This document shows, piece after piece, positions 38,997-48,995 of a stretch of 64,000 nt of DNA. Under the pieces are notes generated by a model. It saw nothing but the letters and a program-made list of their open reading frames with translations, did not search any database and was not told the origin of the DNA. Positions within the stretch are counted from its first letter, which is position 1, and each line of letters opens with the position of its first letter. Source of the stretch: an uncultured Candidatus Saccharibacteria bacterium (lineage in GTDB: Bacteria > Patescibacteriota > Minisyncoccia > Phycocordibacterales > CALRHW01); assembly GCA_964390845.1 (NCBI GenBank), contig CAYMIL010000001.1:11307-75306 (forward strand), read 5' to 3'. Both the position numbers and the translations under genes were made by a program.

Positions 38997-40830
38997 AAAA
39001 GTAGAAAAAAAGTGGCAGGGATTGTGGGAGAAGAAGCAACTTCACGTGGTGGATGATGCTTCAGTCAAACCAAAGTTCTATGCACTCATGGAGTTTCCGT
39101 TTCCTTCTGGAGATGGTCTTCATGTTGGTCATGTACGAGGAAATGTAGCTATGGACGTTGTGGCGCGTAAGCGTCGAGCAGAGGGGTACAACGTACTCTT
39201 TCCGACAGGCTGGGATGCTTTTGGTTTGCCGACAGAAAACGCGGCAATAAAAAACAAAGTATCACCGCAGAAGATTAGTAAGCGCAACACGACAAACTTC
39301 AAAAAACAAATGAAGCGACTCGGGCTATCGTTTGATTGGACACGAGAGATCAATACAACGGACCCCGCATACTACAAGTGGACCCAGTGGTTGTTTCTTC
39401 AGTTTTACAAACACGGCCTTGCATACAAGGCAAAAATGACAATCAATTGGTGTCCGAAAGATAAGATCGGGCTCGCAAATGAAGAGGTGGTTAACGGTTT
39501 TTGTGAGCGTTGTGGCACTGCGGTAGAGAAACGCGATAAAGAACAGTGGATGCTTGCGATTACGAAGTATGCAGACCGACTTGCAAAAGACCTTGATCTT
39601 ACCGAATTTCCAGAACATATAAAAACTCAACAGAGGCACTGGATTGCTGGTCTTCGAGATTGGGTATTTTCTCGTCAGCGATATTGGGGTGAACCTATTC
39701 CAATGGTGCATTGTGAGGCGTGTGGGTGGGTTCCTGTGCCAGAGCAAGAGTTACCCGTTACTCTTCCGCGCGTCAAAAAATATGAGCCGACAGATACCGG
39801 TGAATCTCCACTGGCGGCTATTTCTTCGTGGGTGCAGACAACATGTCCGACATGTGGAGGGAAAGCACAGAGAGAAACAGACACGATGCCAAACTGGGCT
39901 GGTTCAAGCTGGTATTTCCTCCGTTTTATTGATCCTAAAAATACAAACACATTTGCTGATACGGGAAAGCTTGAGCGATGGATGCCGGTGGATTGGTACA
40001 ACGGCGGCATGGAACACACAACATTGCATCTGTTGTACTCTCGATTCTGGAATAAGTTTTTGTTTGATTGTGGTCTTGTGCCCACGACAGAGCCATACAA
40101 ACGTCGCACATCTCACGGCATGATTTTGGGTCCGGATGGAGAAAAGATGTCAAAATCTCGAGGCAACGTCATTAACCCAGATGAGGTGATTATGCATGTT
40201 GGTGCTGATACGTTGCGAGTCTATGAAATGTTTATTGGTCCTTTTGACCAGGCGGTGTCGTGGAGTACCGATTCCATCGCAGGTTCGCGACGCTTTTTGG
40301 AGCGCGTGTGGCGTTTGCAAGAACACGTTTCAAAAGACAATATTTCCGTGTCTGATGCTCTCAACGGATCTGTAGCTAAGGCAATCAAAAAAGTATCTGA
40401 CGACATTGAGCGCGCGGCCTTTAATACCGCAATCTCTGCGCTCATGATTTTGACAAATGAATTTGAAAAAGAGATAGGTGAGGGGAAGAATATTTCTCGT
40501 ATGCAGTATGAAACGCTCTTACAGCTTCTTGCTCCGTTTGCGCCACATATTACCAATGAATTATGGTCGTTGCTTGGCAACAAGACACCACTTGCTTTTG
40601 CGCCATGGCCACAGGCACAGGGAGGGGCGTTTGAATCCCAGACAAAAATGATTGCCGTACAGGTAAATGGTAAGGTGCGAGCCGAGGTAGAGGTGGCAAA
40701 AACAGAGACTGAAGAAGAAATAAGGGCTAAAACACTAGCGTTGCCCGCAGTGTCTAAGTGGCTTGAAGGTAAACAGGTGGTAAAAGTTATATATGTAAAA
40801 GACCGTTTGGTCAATATTGTGCTTCAATAA
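38977..40830 (+). CDS. leuS: leucyl-tRNA synthetase lacking the CP1 editing domain (GTG start; ORF opens at 38920)
   Basis: HVGHVRGNVAMDV, zinc knuckle CERCGT, KMSKS; HWIAG immediately followed by LRDWVFSRQRYWGEPIP. Confidence 0.75.
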   Translation: MKQYDHKKVEKKWQGLWEKKQLHVVDDASVKPKFYALMEFPFPSGDGLHVGHVRGNVAMDVVARKRRAEGYNVLFPTGWDAFGLPTENAAIKNKVSPQKISKRNTTNFKKQMKRLGLSFDWTREINTTDPAYYKWTQWLFLQFYKHGLAYKAKMTINWCPKDKIGLANEEVVNGFCERCGTAVEKRDKEQWMLAITKYADRLAKDLDLTEFPEHIKTQQRHWIAGLRDWVFSRQRYWGEPIPMVHCEACGWVPVPEQELPVTLPRVKKYEPTDTGESPLAAISSWVQTTCPTCGGKAQRETDTMPNWAGSSWYFLRFIDPKNTNTFADTGKLERWMPVDWYNGGMEHTTLHLLYSRFWNKFLFDCGLVPTTEPYKRRTSHGMILGPDGEKMSKSRGNVINPDEVIMHVGADTLRVYEMFIGPFDQAVSWSTDSIAGSRRFLERVWRLQEHVSKDNISVSDALNGSVAKAIKKVSDDIERAAFNTAISALMILTNEFEKEIGEGKNISRMQYETLLQLLAPFAPHITNELWSLLGNKTPLAFAPWPQAQGGAFESQTKMIAVQVNGKVRAEVEVAKTETEEEIRAKTLALPAVSKWLEGKQVVKVIYVKDRLVNIVLQ

Positions 40831-40870
40831 TTTGTGTGGACTTGACAAGTTTGCGCAATTAGATTAATAA

Positions 40871-41947
40871 TTGTGTTACAACGTTTACACGATGACAGCA
40901 AAACGTACAAAAGAAAAAGGTCCATCACTCTCCTTCAACCCTAAGCAGGCGACAAAACGCCTGCTTGGCGTATTAGCGGAGCGCGCACGTGATGTTGTCG
41001 TCAACCGTTACGGACTCAGTACCGACCCTCGCAAAATGACACTCGAGGCAATTGGTAAAAAATACGATATTACTCGAGAACGTGTTCGACAAATCGAAAA
41101 CTATTCCCTCGCAAATATCCGAAAATCCAAAGAATATGCTCGAGAAAAGAAAACATTTGACGAGCTTCGAGAATATATCAAACAGCTTGGAAGCGTTGTG
41201 TCTGAACACGACATCCTCGAGCACATGTCGAAAGATAAAAGCGTTCAAAATCACGCACATTTTCTTCTTGTCGTCGGTGAGGAATTTAAAAAAGAAAAAG
41301 AAGACGATGAATTTAAACATCGATGGCATATCGACTCTCGTCTTGCAGACAAAATCCACGAGTCTCTCCGCAAACTTTACTCAAGTCTTTCAGACGATGC
41401 TATTATCCCTGAAGCAGACATGGTTACCGCTTTTCTCGATCACATTAAAGATGTGAATGAGGAATACAAAAATGAAGAAGTGATCAAGCGATGGCTCGGT
41501 CTTTCAAAAAAGCTTGGTAAAAACTCTTTGGGTGAGTGGGGACGCGCACAATCATCAAATATCAATGCAAAAGGTATGCGAGATTATGCATTCTTGGTTA
41601 TTCGAAAGCACGGATCGCCGATTCATTTCCGTGAAGTTGCAAATTCAATCGAAAAAATCTTTAAAAAGAAAGCACACGTCGCAACAACTCATAACGAACT
41701 CATCAAAGACCCTCGCTTTGTGCTCGTTGGACGCGGTCTCTACGCGCTCGCGGAGTGGGGCTACATGAGCGGTGTCGTGAAAGATGTCATCCGAAAGATT
41801 CTCGAAAAGGAAGGACCGCTTACTCGGGAAGAGATTATCGATAAGGTTCTCAAAGAACGATACGTCAAAGAAAATACAATCCTCGTCAATCTTCAGAATC
41901 CAAAATTCTTTAAGAAAGACAAGCAGGGAAAATATAGTATCGCGTAA
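40871..41947 (+). CDS. sigma-70 region 4-like HTH domain protein plus winged-helix-like C-terminal domain, hypothetical
   Basis: LGVLAERARDVVVNRYGL...ERVRQIENYSLANIRK matches sigma70_r4 pattern. Confidence 0.45.
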   Translation: MCYNVYTMTAKRTKEKGPSLSFNPKQATKRLLGVLAERARDVVVNRYGLSTDPRKMTLEAIGKKYDITRERVRQIENYSLANIRKSKEYAREKKTFDELREYIKQLGSVVSEHDILEHMSKDKSVQNHAHFLLVVGEEFKKEKEDDEFKHRWHIDSRLADKIHESLRKLYSSLSDDAIIPEADMVTAFLDHIKDVNEEYKNEEVIKRWLGLSKKLGKNSLGEWGRAQSSNINAKGMRDYAFLVIRKHGSPIHFREVANSIEKIFKKKAHVATTHNELIKDPRFVLVGRGLYALAEWGYMSGVVKDVIRKILEKEGPLTREEIIDKVLKERYVKENTILVNLQNPKFFKKDKQGKYSIA

Positions 41948-41958
41948 CATCCCCTTCT

Positions 41959-43233
41959 GTGGGGATGTTTTCGTATGGTAGAATATATGGCATGGATGTA
42001 CTGATACATATTTTACGTTCAGAAATATTGTGGAGCATATTGTCGTGGATATACACGCTTACTCCGTTATGGCTCCCCATCGTTCTCCTTATTATATTTT
42101 TTAAAAAATGGATTGCTCTTATTCAGACACAGTTTATTGAAAAAGAGGGTTCTGTATTGCTTGAGATTAAGCTCCCACAAGAAATTACAAAATCTCCTGC
42201 GGCGATGGAGCTTGTATTGCTCTCAATGCACCAGCTCGCGAAAAATAACCTCATCGATGCATATATTACTGGCAAAACTCGGCCATGGTTTTCTCTTGAG
42301 CTCGTATCAATTGGCGGTTCGGTAAAGTTCTTCATCTGGGCGCGCAAACGCTTCCGCAAGATGGTTGAGACACAGATTTACGCCCAGTATCCAACAGTCG
42401 AGGTGCACGAAGCGCAAGACTACGCGATGGAAGTACATCATCCGGGAAAGCTTACGCGTAAAGACCTGATGCCGTTTTGGGCAGGGCATTTTGTACTCAC
42501 AAAAGATGATGTGTATCCGATAAAGACATATATCGACTACGGGCTCGATAAAGATCCAAAGGAAGAGTACAAGATTGATCCAATGACACCAATGCTCGAG
42601 TATCTTGGTTCACTAAAGCCGGGGGAACAGGCGTGGGTGCAAATTTTGATTCGAGCACACCGAAAAGAAGGCTTTACAGACATCCGTCTTTCTAAAAAGC
42701 CAGATTGGACTGATGCTGGCAAGAAAGAGATCAAAGAAAAGATGGAAAAGTTGAAAGAGGAAGGGGAAAATGGTTCTCGAACTCGTCAACCTACAAAAGT
42801 TGAGGCCGATGTTATTACCGCGCTTGAGCGAAGTCTCACAAAGGCACCTTTCGAGGTGGGTATTCGTGGTTTTTATATCGCGCCCCCAGATGTATTTAAC
42901 CCAGCAAATATTCCGGGTATTATTGGAAGCTTCAAACAGTACGGCTCAGAGCATCTCAACGGCTTTAAGCCATCAAAGGCGACGACATTTGATTTCCCAT
43001 GGCAAGATTTCGGACGCCGCAAACAAACTAAAAACGAAAAAAAAATGCTTGAAGCATATAAGCGCCGATCATTCTTTGAGATACCGTTTAAGTTTTACCG
43101 CGTTGACCCCTTTATCCTAAATGTTGAAGAGCTCGCGACAATTTTCCACTTCCCAGGACGTGTTGCGACAACACCTACAATTCAAAAGACAACCTCAACA
43201 AAGGGTCAGCCTCCACCAAATCTTCCTGTATAG
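41959..43233 (+). CDS. hypothetical membrane protein (N-terminal TM pair, large soluble domain)
   Basis: 12 nt after upstream gene, 4 nt before mltG. Confidence 0.4.
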   Translation: MGMFSYGRIYGMDVLIHILRSEILWSILSWIYTLTPLWLPIVLLIIFFKKWIALIQTQFIEKEGSVLLEIKLPQEITKSPAAMELVLLSMHQLAKNNLIDAYITGKTRPWFSLELVSIGGSVKFFIWARKRFRKMVETQIYAQYPTVEVHEAQDYAMEVHHPGKLTRKDLMPFWAGHFVLTKDDVYPIKTYIDYGLDKDPKEEYKIDPMTPMLEYLGSLKPGEQAWVQILIRAHRKEGFTDIRLSKKPDWTDAGKKEIKEKMEKLKEEGENGSRTRQPTKVEADVITALERSLTKAPFEVGIRGFYIAPPDVFNPANIPGIIGSFKQYGSEHLNGFKPSKATTFDFPWQDFGRRKQTKNEKKMLEAYKRRSFFEIPFKFYRVDPFILNVEELATIFHFPGRVATTPTIQKTTSTKGQPPPNLPV

Positions 43234-43236
43234 TCG

Positions 43237-44223
43237 ATGGATCCAGAACAGACACAGCAGAATACACAGTACGCTCGAGTGCGCGCCCATACTCGTTTTA
43301 TCTACGGTATCGGTGGGGCAATTATTTTTCTCACACTCGTCTACGTTGCATGTTGTCGGCCGCCAAAAGATTTTCCCGTCGGTACTACGTACACTGTCGA
43401 AGAGGGAATATCTCTCTCTCGTGTCGCGCAAGACCTTGCAAATCATCATGTCGTGTCTTCTCCGTTTATGTTTACACGTTTGGTGGTTGCGCTTGGTAAG
43501 GAAAATAATATACAGGCGGGGGACTATATGTTTGAAGAGCCTCTCACAATGTTTTCTGTTGCTCTGAGGCTCGTTACGGGCGATCACGGCATTACACCTG
43601 TGCGAATTACGATACCCGAAGGATACAATGTGTTTGAAATAGCGGATCTGGCGCGTCAGGGCCTCGATTCTTTTGACCCAAAGCGTTTTATTGAGATTGC
43701 GCAAGAAGGGTATATGTTTCCTGATACATATTTGTTTCGTCCTGATAGCACCGAAGAAGATGTCGCTGAACGTATGGAGAAAAACTTTGAAGAAAAAATT
43801 GCCACACTTTCAGATGATATTCACGCGTTCGGTAAGCCACTTAAAGACGTACTTATTATCGCGTCCATTCTTGAAGAGGAGGCGCGAACAACAGAAAGTC
43901 GGGAAATTATTTCTGGTATTTTATGGAAACGACTCGAGCTCGGTATGCCTTTGCAGGTTGATGTGACGTTTAAGTATATTAATGGGAAAAATACGTACGA
44001 ACTTTCACAGGATGATCTTGAAATTGATTCTCCATACAACACGTACAAATATGCTGGTTTACCACCAACACCTATCGCAAATCCTGGCTTAGATTCTTTG
44101 CGCGCGGCAGTACATCCACGAGAGACTCCGTATCTGTATTTCCTCTCTTCAAAAGAGGGCGCGATGTACTATGCCAAAGATTTTGAGGGGCATAAACGTA
44201 ATCGTGCGCTATACTTAGACTAA
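43237..44223 (+). CDS. mltG: endolytic murein transglycosylase MltG (YceG family)
   Basis: YceG-like blocks incl. LQVDVTFKY, DSPYNTYKYAGLPPTPIANPG. Confidence 0.75.
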   Translation: MDPEQTQQNTQYARVRAHTRFIYGIGGAIIFLTLVYVACCRPPKDFPVGTTYTVEEGISLSRVAQDLANHHVVSSPFMFTRLVVALGKENNIQAGDYMFEEPLTMFSVALRLVTGDHGITPVRITIPEGYNVFEIADLARQGLDSFDPKRFIEIAQEGYMFPDTYLFRPDSTEEDVAERMEKNFEEKIATLSDDIHAFGKPLKDVLIIASILEEEARTTESREIISGILWKRLELGMPLQVDVTFKYINGKNTYELSQDDLEIDSPYNTYKYAGLPPTPIANPGLDSLRAAVHPRETPYLYFLSSKEGAMYYAKDFEGHKRNRALYLD

Positions 44224-44224
44224 T

Positions 44225-45055
44225 ATGACCAAACAGAAATTCGTAGTAAAAGCAGATGGCACAAAGGAAGTATTTGATGGCAACAAGCTTGAGCAGTCGT
44301 TGCAACACTCAAAAGCATCTCCGCATGTTGTGAGGCTTATTGTTGAACACATTGAAAAAGAAATTGGCGAGGAAACAAAAACAGTAGACATTTTTGAACA
44401 CGCCTCAGCACTGCTTAGAAAATTTGAGCGACCTACGGCATTTCGATATTCACTGAAGCGCGCGATCATGGACCTTGGACCAACAGGTTTTCCATTTGAA
44501 GATTTTGTCGCGGAGATTTTTAAAGCGCGTGGATACACCACGCTCACAGACCAACGTGTACTTGGTAATTGCGTGGAGCATGAAGTCGACGTTGTTGCAT
44601 ACAACGACGACAAGTTGATTATGACTGAGGTTAAGTTTCATAATGAACCAGGGCTTCGCTCCGACCTTAAAGTGGCGCTCTATGTGAAAGCACGTTTTGA
44701 TGATCTCTCAGATAAAGAATTTGAAGGGTATGGGAAAAAACGCACACTCACAGAAGGATGGCTTGTTACAAACACAAAATTTACTTCAACAGCAATTCAT
44801 TATGGCCTGTGCAAAGGTATCCACATGATTGGTTGGAATTATCCCGATAAAGATAATCTACAGACACTTGTTGAGCAGTACGCACTGCATCCAATCACGT
44901 GTCTGCGCTCTCTTACACAGACACAGATGAGACAGATTGTTGCTGAAAATGTTGTGTTGTGTAAGACGCTTGCGGAACGCACCGACCTCATGAAATCTAT
45001 CGGGCTAACAGACGACGAAATACACGCTGTTGTTGAGGAAATTAATATTTTGTAA
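44225..45055 (+). CDS. ATP-cone domain fused to Mrr-like PD-(D/E)xK restriction endonuclease domain
   Basis: N-terminal VKADGTKEVFDGNKLEQSL (ATP-cone pattern); central EHEVDVVAY...EVKF PD-(D/E)xK core. Confidence 0.55.
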   Translation: MTKQKFVVKADGTKEVFDGNKLEQSLQHSKASPHVVRLIVEHIEKEIGEETKTVDIFEHASALLRKFERPTAFRYSLKRAIMDLGPTGFPFEDFVAEIFKARGYTTLTDQRVLGNCVEHEVDVVAYNDDKLIMTEVKFHNEPGLRSDLKVALYVKARFDDLSDKEFEGYGKKRTLTEGWLVTNTKFTSTAIHYGLCKGIHMIGWNYPDKDNLQTLVEQYALHPITCLRSLTQTQMRQIVAENVVLCKTLAERTDLMKSIGLTDDEIHAVVEEINIL

Positions 45056-45064
45056 TATACACAT

Positions 45065-45571
45065 ATGCACGTATTTATTTACCCTTATATTATCCCGTTT
45101 CTTCAGTTGGTGTTGGCGATGTTGCTCGGCGCGCTTTTGGGTTTTGAGCGTACATTTGCAGGAAAGACTGCAGGGGTTCGTACATACGGTCTCGTATGCA
45201 TGGGGTCATGTTTGTTTGTGGTCATCTCAACACTCGTATCGGGTATGTTTGTACACTCTATCGACTTTGACCCACTTCGCCTTGCGGCGGGAGTGGTAAC
45301 GGGTGTTGGTTTCTTGGGTGCTGGCCTTATTGTGTTTAAAGACTCAAAGCTCAATGGCCTCACTACCGCAGCTGGTTTGTGGGTATCTTGTGGTATCGGT
45401 ATGGCGGTTGGCTTTAAGCTATTCGCGGTAGCGGTTTTTGCAACGATTCTTACGTTCGCAACATTTACTGTATTGTGGTCTCTTGAAGATAAAATAAAAG
45501 ATGCGCTCAAAGATGATCTCCTTCCCAACGATTCCGACGATACAACGCGCCCTACTCATAACGTCGCATAA
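45065..45571 (+). CDS. MgtC/SapB family membrane protein
   Basis: LLGALLGFERTFAGKTAGVRTYGLVCMGSCLF. Confidence 0.7.
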   Translation: MHVFIYPYIIPFLQLVLAMLLGALLGFERTFAGKTAGVRTYGLVCMGSCLFVVISTLVSGMFVHSIDFDPLRLAAGVVTGVGFLGAGLIVFKDSKLNGLTTAAGLWVSCGIGMAVGFKLFAVAVFATILTFATFTVLWSLEDKIKDALKDDLLPNDSDDTTRPTHNVA

Positions 45572-45576
45572 GATTA

Positions 45577-46326
45577 GTGGCTGAATACGGATACAAAAAA
45601 AGAAGTGCGTCATGGAATTATGGTGGACCACAGTGGAAATTGAGTCGATCAAAAATCGACCTGTTCCTCAACTGTCCTCGTTGTTTTTATCTAGATAATA
45701 AACTTGGTATAAAACGTCCAGACACCCCACCGTTTACACTCAATGTTGCTGTCGATGCATTGCTCAAAAAAGAATTTGATATACACCGCGCCCACAAGCG
45801 ACCTCATCCGCTTATGGATACCTACGGAATAGATGCGGTGCCTTTTTCACACAAAGATCTTGAAGCGTGGAGGCACAACTTTACAGGAATCCAGCATATA
45901 CATAAGCCAACAGGACTTCTTGTGTCGGGTGCTGTTGATGATATTTGGGTCAACCCAGCAGGAGAGCTGATTGTTGTTGATTATAAAGCAACAGCAAAAG
46001 ATGGCTCCATCGACAAGCTCGAAGATACAAAATGGCACAACCAGTATCGTCGCCAGATGGAGGTGTATCAATGGCTACTTAGGGGAAAGAAGTTTTCTGT
46101 GTCGGATACTGGATATTTTGTGTATGTAAATGGAAAAACAGATAAAGAGTCGTTTGATGGAAAGCTTGAGTTTGATGTGACTATTATTCCGTACACTGGC
46201 TCTGATGCCTGGATTGAGGATGTGTTGTACGATATTCACACGTGTCTGGAAAGCGACACCCCTCCGGTACCCACAAAAACCTGTGATTATTGCTCGTATA
46301 TTGAAGCGATGTCCGACGTGGTATGA
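45577..46326 (+). CDS. Cas4-like/RecB-like PD-(D/E)xK nuclease with 4-Cys cluster; no CRISPR nearby
   Basis: N-terminal CPRCFYL, core ELIVVDYKA...Y.QMEVYQWLL, C-terminal C-x2-C. Confidence 0.5.
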   Translation: MAEYGYKKRSASWNYGGPQWKLSRSKIDLFLNCPRCFYLDNKLGIKRPDTPPFTLNVAVDALLKKEFDIHRAHKRPHPLMDTYGIDAVPFSHKDLEAWRHNFTGIQHIHKPTGLLVSGAVDDIWVNPAGELIVVDYKATAKDGSIDKLEDTKWHNQYRRQMEVYQWLLRGKKFSVSDTGYFVYVNGKTDKESFDGKLEFDVTIIPYTGSDAWIEDVLYDIHTCLESDTPPVPTKTCDYCSYIEAMSDVV

Positions 46327-46333
46327 TGTCCGC

Positions 46334-46603
46334 ATGTCAGAGGACACATTTACTCGTAGGGTATTGTCGATTGTGCGCGATATTCCTCGTGGTTCTGTGA
46401 TGACCTACGGTCACGTTGCGAGCCTCGCCGGTAGCCCTGGCGCTAGTCGTGCGGTGGGCAGTATTCTTAAAAAAAATTATAATCCCGATATCCCGTGCCA
46501 CAGAGTCATCCGTTCAAATGGTACACTTGGTCGTTACAATCGCGGTGATGCAAAAAAAGCTCAACTACTTGCCTCGGAGGGTTATTGCAACTACACACCA
46601 TGA
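46334..46603 (+). CDS. MGMT-family methylated-DNA-protein-cysteine methyltransferase DNA-binding domain protein
   Basis: PCHRVI active-site motif. Confidence 0.6.
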   Translation: MSEDTFTRRVLSIVRDIPRGSVMTYGHVASLAGSPGASRAVGSILKKNYNPDIPCHRVIRSNGTLGRYNRGDAKKAQLLASEGYCNYTP

Positions 46604-47196
46604 ACGACAAGAGAGAAAAAATGAAACAGGTCCGAGACGATGTCTTTGCACTCGAAGCCTCTCCACTCTATGCGGTTCGTGTTGCGCATAAGACATTTCC
46701 CGTAATTGGTGAAGGAGACCACGACGCGCGGATTATGTTTATCGGCGAGGCGCCAGGAAAAAATGAGGCAGCAACAGGACGTCCGTTTGTTGGCGCGTCG
46801 GGTAAAATTTTAAACGAGTTGCTTGAGTCAGTTTCTATTGCCCGCGAAAAAGTGTACATCACAAACATTGTAAAAGATCGTCCTCCACAAAACCGCGATC
46901 CATTGCCAGAAGAGATAGACATATACGCACCCTTTCTTGATCGACAAATAGATATTATTCAGCCGGCTGTAATAGCAACACTCGGCCGCTTTGCGATGAT
47001 ATATAGTATGAAAAAATTTGGTCTTGAGGCACAACTGGAGCCAATTTCCAAACTGCACGGCAGGGAATTTACCGTGCAAGCATCCTATGGTCCTATCACA
47101 CTACTTCCTCTGTACCACCCAGCGGTTGCCGTGTATAATTCGACCACAAAAGACATGCTCAAAGAGGATTTTAAGATACTCAAAAAATATTTATGA
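46600..47196 (+). CDS. uracil-DNA glycosylase, family 4
   Basis: GEAPG motif; ATGA start/stop overlap with upstream gene. Confidence 0.7.
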   Translation: MNDKREKMKQVRDDVFALEASPLYAVRVAHKTFPVIGEGDHDARIMFIGEAPGKNEAATGRPFVGASGKILNELLESVSIAREKVYITNIVKDRPPQNRDPLPEEIDIYAPFLDRQIDIIQPAVIATLGRFAMIYSMKKFGLEAQLEPISKLHGREFTVQASYGPITLLPLYHPAVAVYNSTTKDMLKEDFKILKKYL

Positions 47197-48986
47197 CCAC
47201 ACAAGACACACGGTATCCGTACCCAACAGAATGGAATGTAACTCTTCTCTATTCATCGTTTAACGATCCGCAATTTGAAAAAGATATGCGTGCATATGAG
47301 CGTGCGTATGCGCAGTTTGAGAAAAAATATAAAGGAAAAACTGATTGGCTAAAAAATAAAAAGAAGTTACTCACGGCACTTGGTGATTGGCGTGCACTGA
47401 GTGAAACGGTTGGTTCTCTAAAACCGATGGTGTATGTCCATTTGCGAGCGAGCGTCGATAGCTCAAACGAAGAGGTGCAAGCGCGTGTCAGCGCTCTTTC
47501 ACAGCGCATTACAAACACAGCAAATAAAATTGTATTTTTTGGACTCGCGCTTGGTAAAATACCCGCACCATTTCAAAAAAGTATTCTTGCAGATAAGGCG
47601 TTTACACACTACGCGCACCTCCTCAAACACATATTCAACACTAGCAAGTACGATTTGTCCGAATCTGAGGAAAAAATCTTAAACCTCATGTCGTTGCCCG
47701 CGTACGACTTATGGGTACGTGGCGTAGAGAAGGCACTCAATGAAAAAACAGTGATACACAAAGGCACTACTATGCCATTGTCTGAAGCAATGAACAGCAT
47801 TCACACCCTCAAGACAGAAGATCGATATGCACTTCACGACAAGGTCATGAAAGAGCTTGTGCGCGTGGCGGATTTCAGTACCTCAGAAATAAACGCGATT
47901 TATACAGACAAAAAAATTAGCGATGAACTGCGTGGTTTCAAAACTCCCTATGCTGCCACACTCCTGTCTCACGAAATTTCAGAAAAAACGCTCAAGCAAC
48001 TGCTTTCAAGTGTGAACAAGTATAAGCGAGTGAGTCATAATTTTTATGCCGTGAAGGCACAACTTCTAAAGCTCGATACGCTTCGATACCCCGACCGTGC
48101 CGCGTCTGTTGGAAACACGTCAGAGAAGATTACTTTTGAAGAAGCTGTTGCGCTTGCTTCTGCTGGTTTTGAAAAATTCGGCCCATGGTATAAAGAAACA
48201 TTCCAGACTTTTTTGCGCAATGGTCAGATTGATGTGTTTCCACGAAAAGGTAAAGAGGGTGGGGCATTTTGTTGGGGTGGTCTCAACAGGCCAACCTTCG
48301 TGCTTCTCAACCATATCGAAAACCTCGATTCCGTACTGACACTCGCGCATGAAATGGGGCATGCATTCCATACAGAATTGAGTAAAAAACAAGATGTGTT
48401 GTATCAGGGATATTCAACAGCTGTCGCTGAGGTGGCGAGTACGTTTTTCGAAAATATTGTGTTTGAAGAGGTGTTTAAAACACTCTCAAAACGTGAGCAG
48501 GTTATCGCTCTCCATGACCGCATCAACGACGATATTCAGACAATCTATCGTCAGATAGCTTGCTTCAACTTTGAGCTCGACCTTCATACGGCAATTCGCA
48601 CAAAGGGAAATGTGTCGACCGCAGAAATTGCAGACATGATGAATGCGCGCATGCGGGAGTATCTCGGACCACTCTTTTCGCTTACAAAAGAAGACGGATA
48701 CTTTTTCATCACATGGTCGCACATCAGACGATTTTTCTACGTGTATTCGTATGCGTACGGACAGATCATCAGTAAGGCGCTCTATAAGAAATATGTTGAG
48801 CAACCATCGTTTGCAAAAAAGATTGAGGAGTTTTTGAGCGCAGGAGGTAGTGCTACGCCAGAGCGTATATTCAAAAAAATAGGCATAGACACTACAAAAC
48901 CAGGCTTTTTTGAAGAGGGTCTTAAAAGCATTGCCGAGAACATCCGTAGGCTTGAGGTGTTAGCAAAGGAAGAGAAATTGATATAG
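47193..48986 (+). CDS. pepF: M3-family oligoendopeptidase F
   Basis: HEMGHAFH zinc motif and downstream E. Confidence 0.75.
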   Translation: MTTQDTRYPYPTEWNVTLLYSSFNDPQFEKDMRAYERAYAQFEKKYKGKTDWLKNKKKLLTALGDWRALSETVGSLKPMVYVHLRASVDSSNEEVQARVSALSQRITNTANKIVFFGLALGKIPAPFQKSILADKAFTHYAHLLKHIFNTSKYDLSESEEKILNLMSLPAYDLWVRGVEKALNEKTVIHKGTTMPLSEAMNSIHTLKTEDRYALHDKVMKELVRVADFSTSEINAIYTDKKISDELRGFKTPYAATLLSHEISEKTLKQLLSSVNKYKRVSHNFYAVKAQLLKLDTLRYPDRAASVGNTSEKITFEEAVALASAGFEKFGPWYKETFQTFLRNGQIDVFPRKGKEGGAFCWGGLNRPTFVLLNHIENLDSVLTLAHEMGHAFHTELSKKQDVLYQGYSTAVAEVASTFFENIVFEEVFKTLSKREQVIALHDRINDDIQTIYRQIACFNFELDLHTAIRTKGNVSTAEIADMMNARMREYLGPLFSLTKEDGYFFITWSHIRRFFYVYSYAYGQIISKALYKKYVEQPSFAKKIEEFLSAGGSATPERIFKKIGIDTTKPGFFEEGLKSIAENIRRLEVLAKEEKLI

Positions 48987-48995
48987 TATTGGCGT

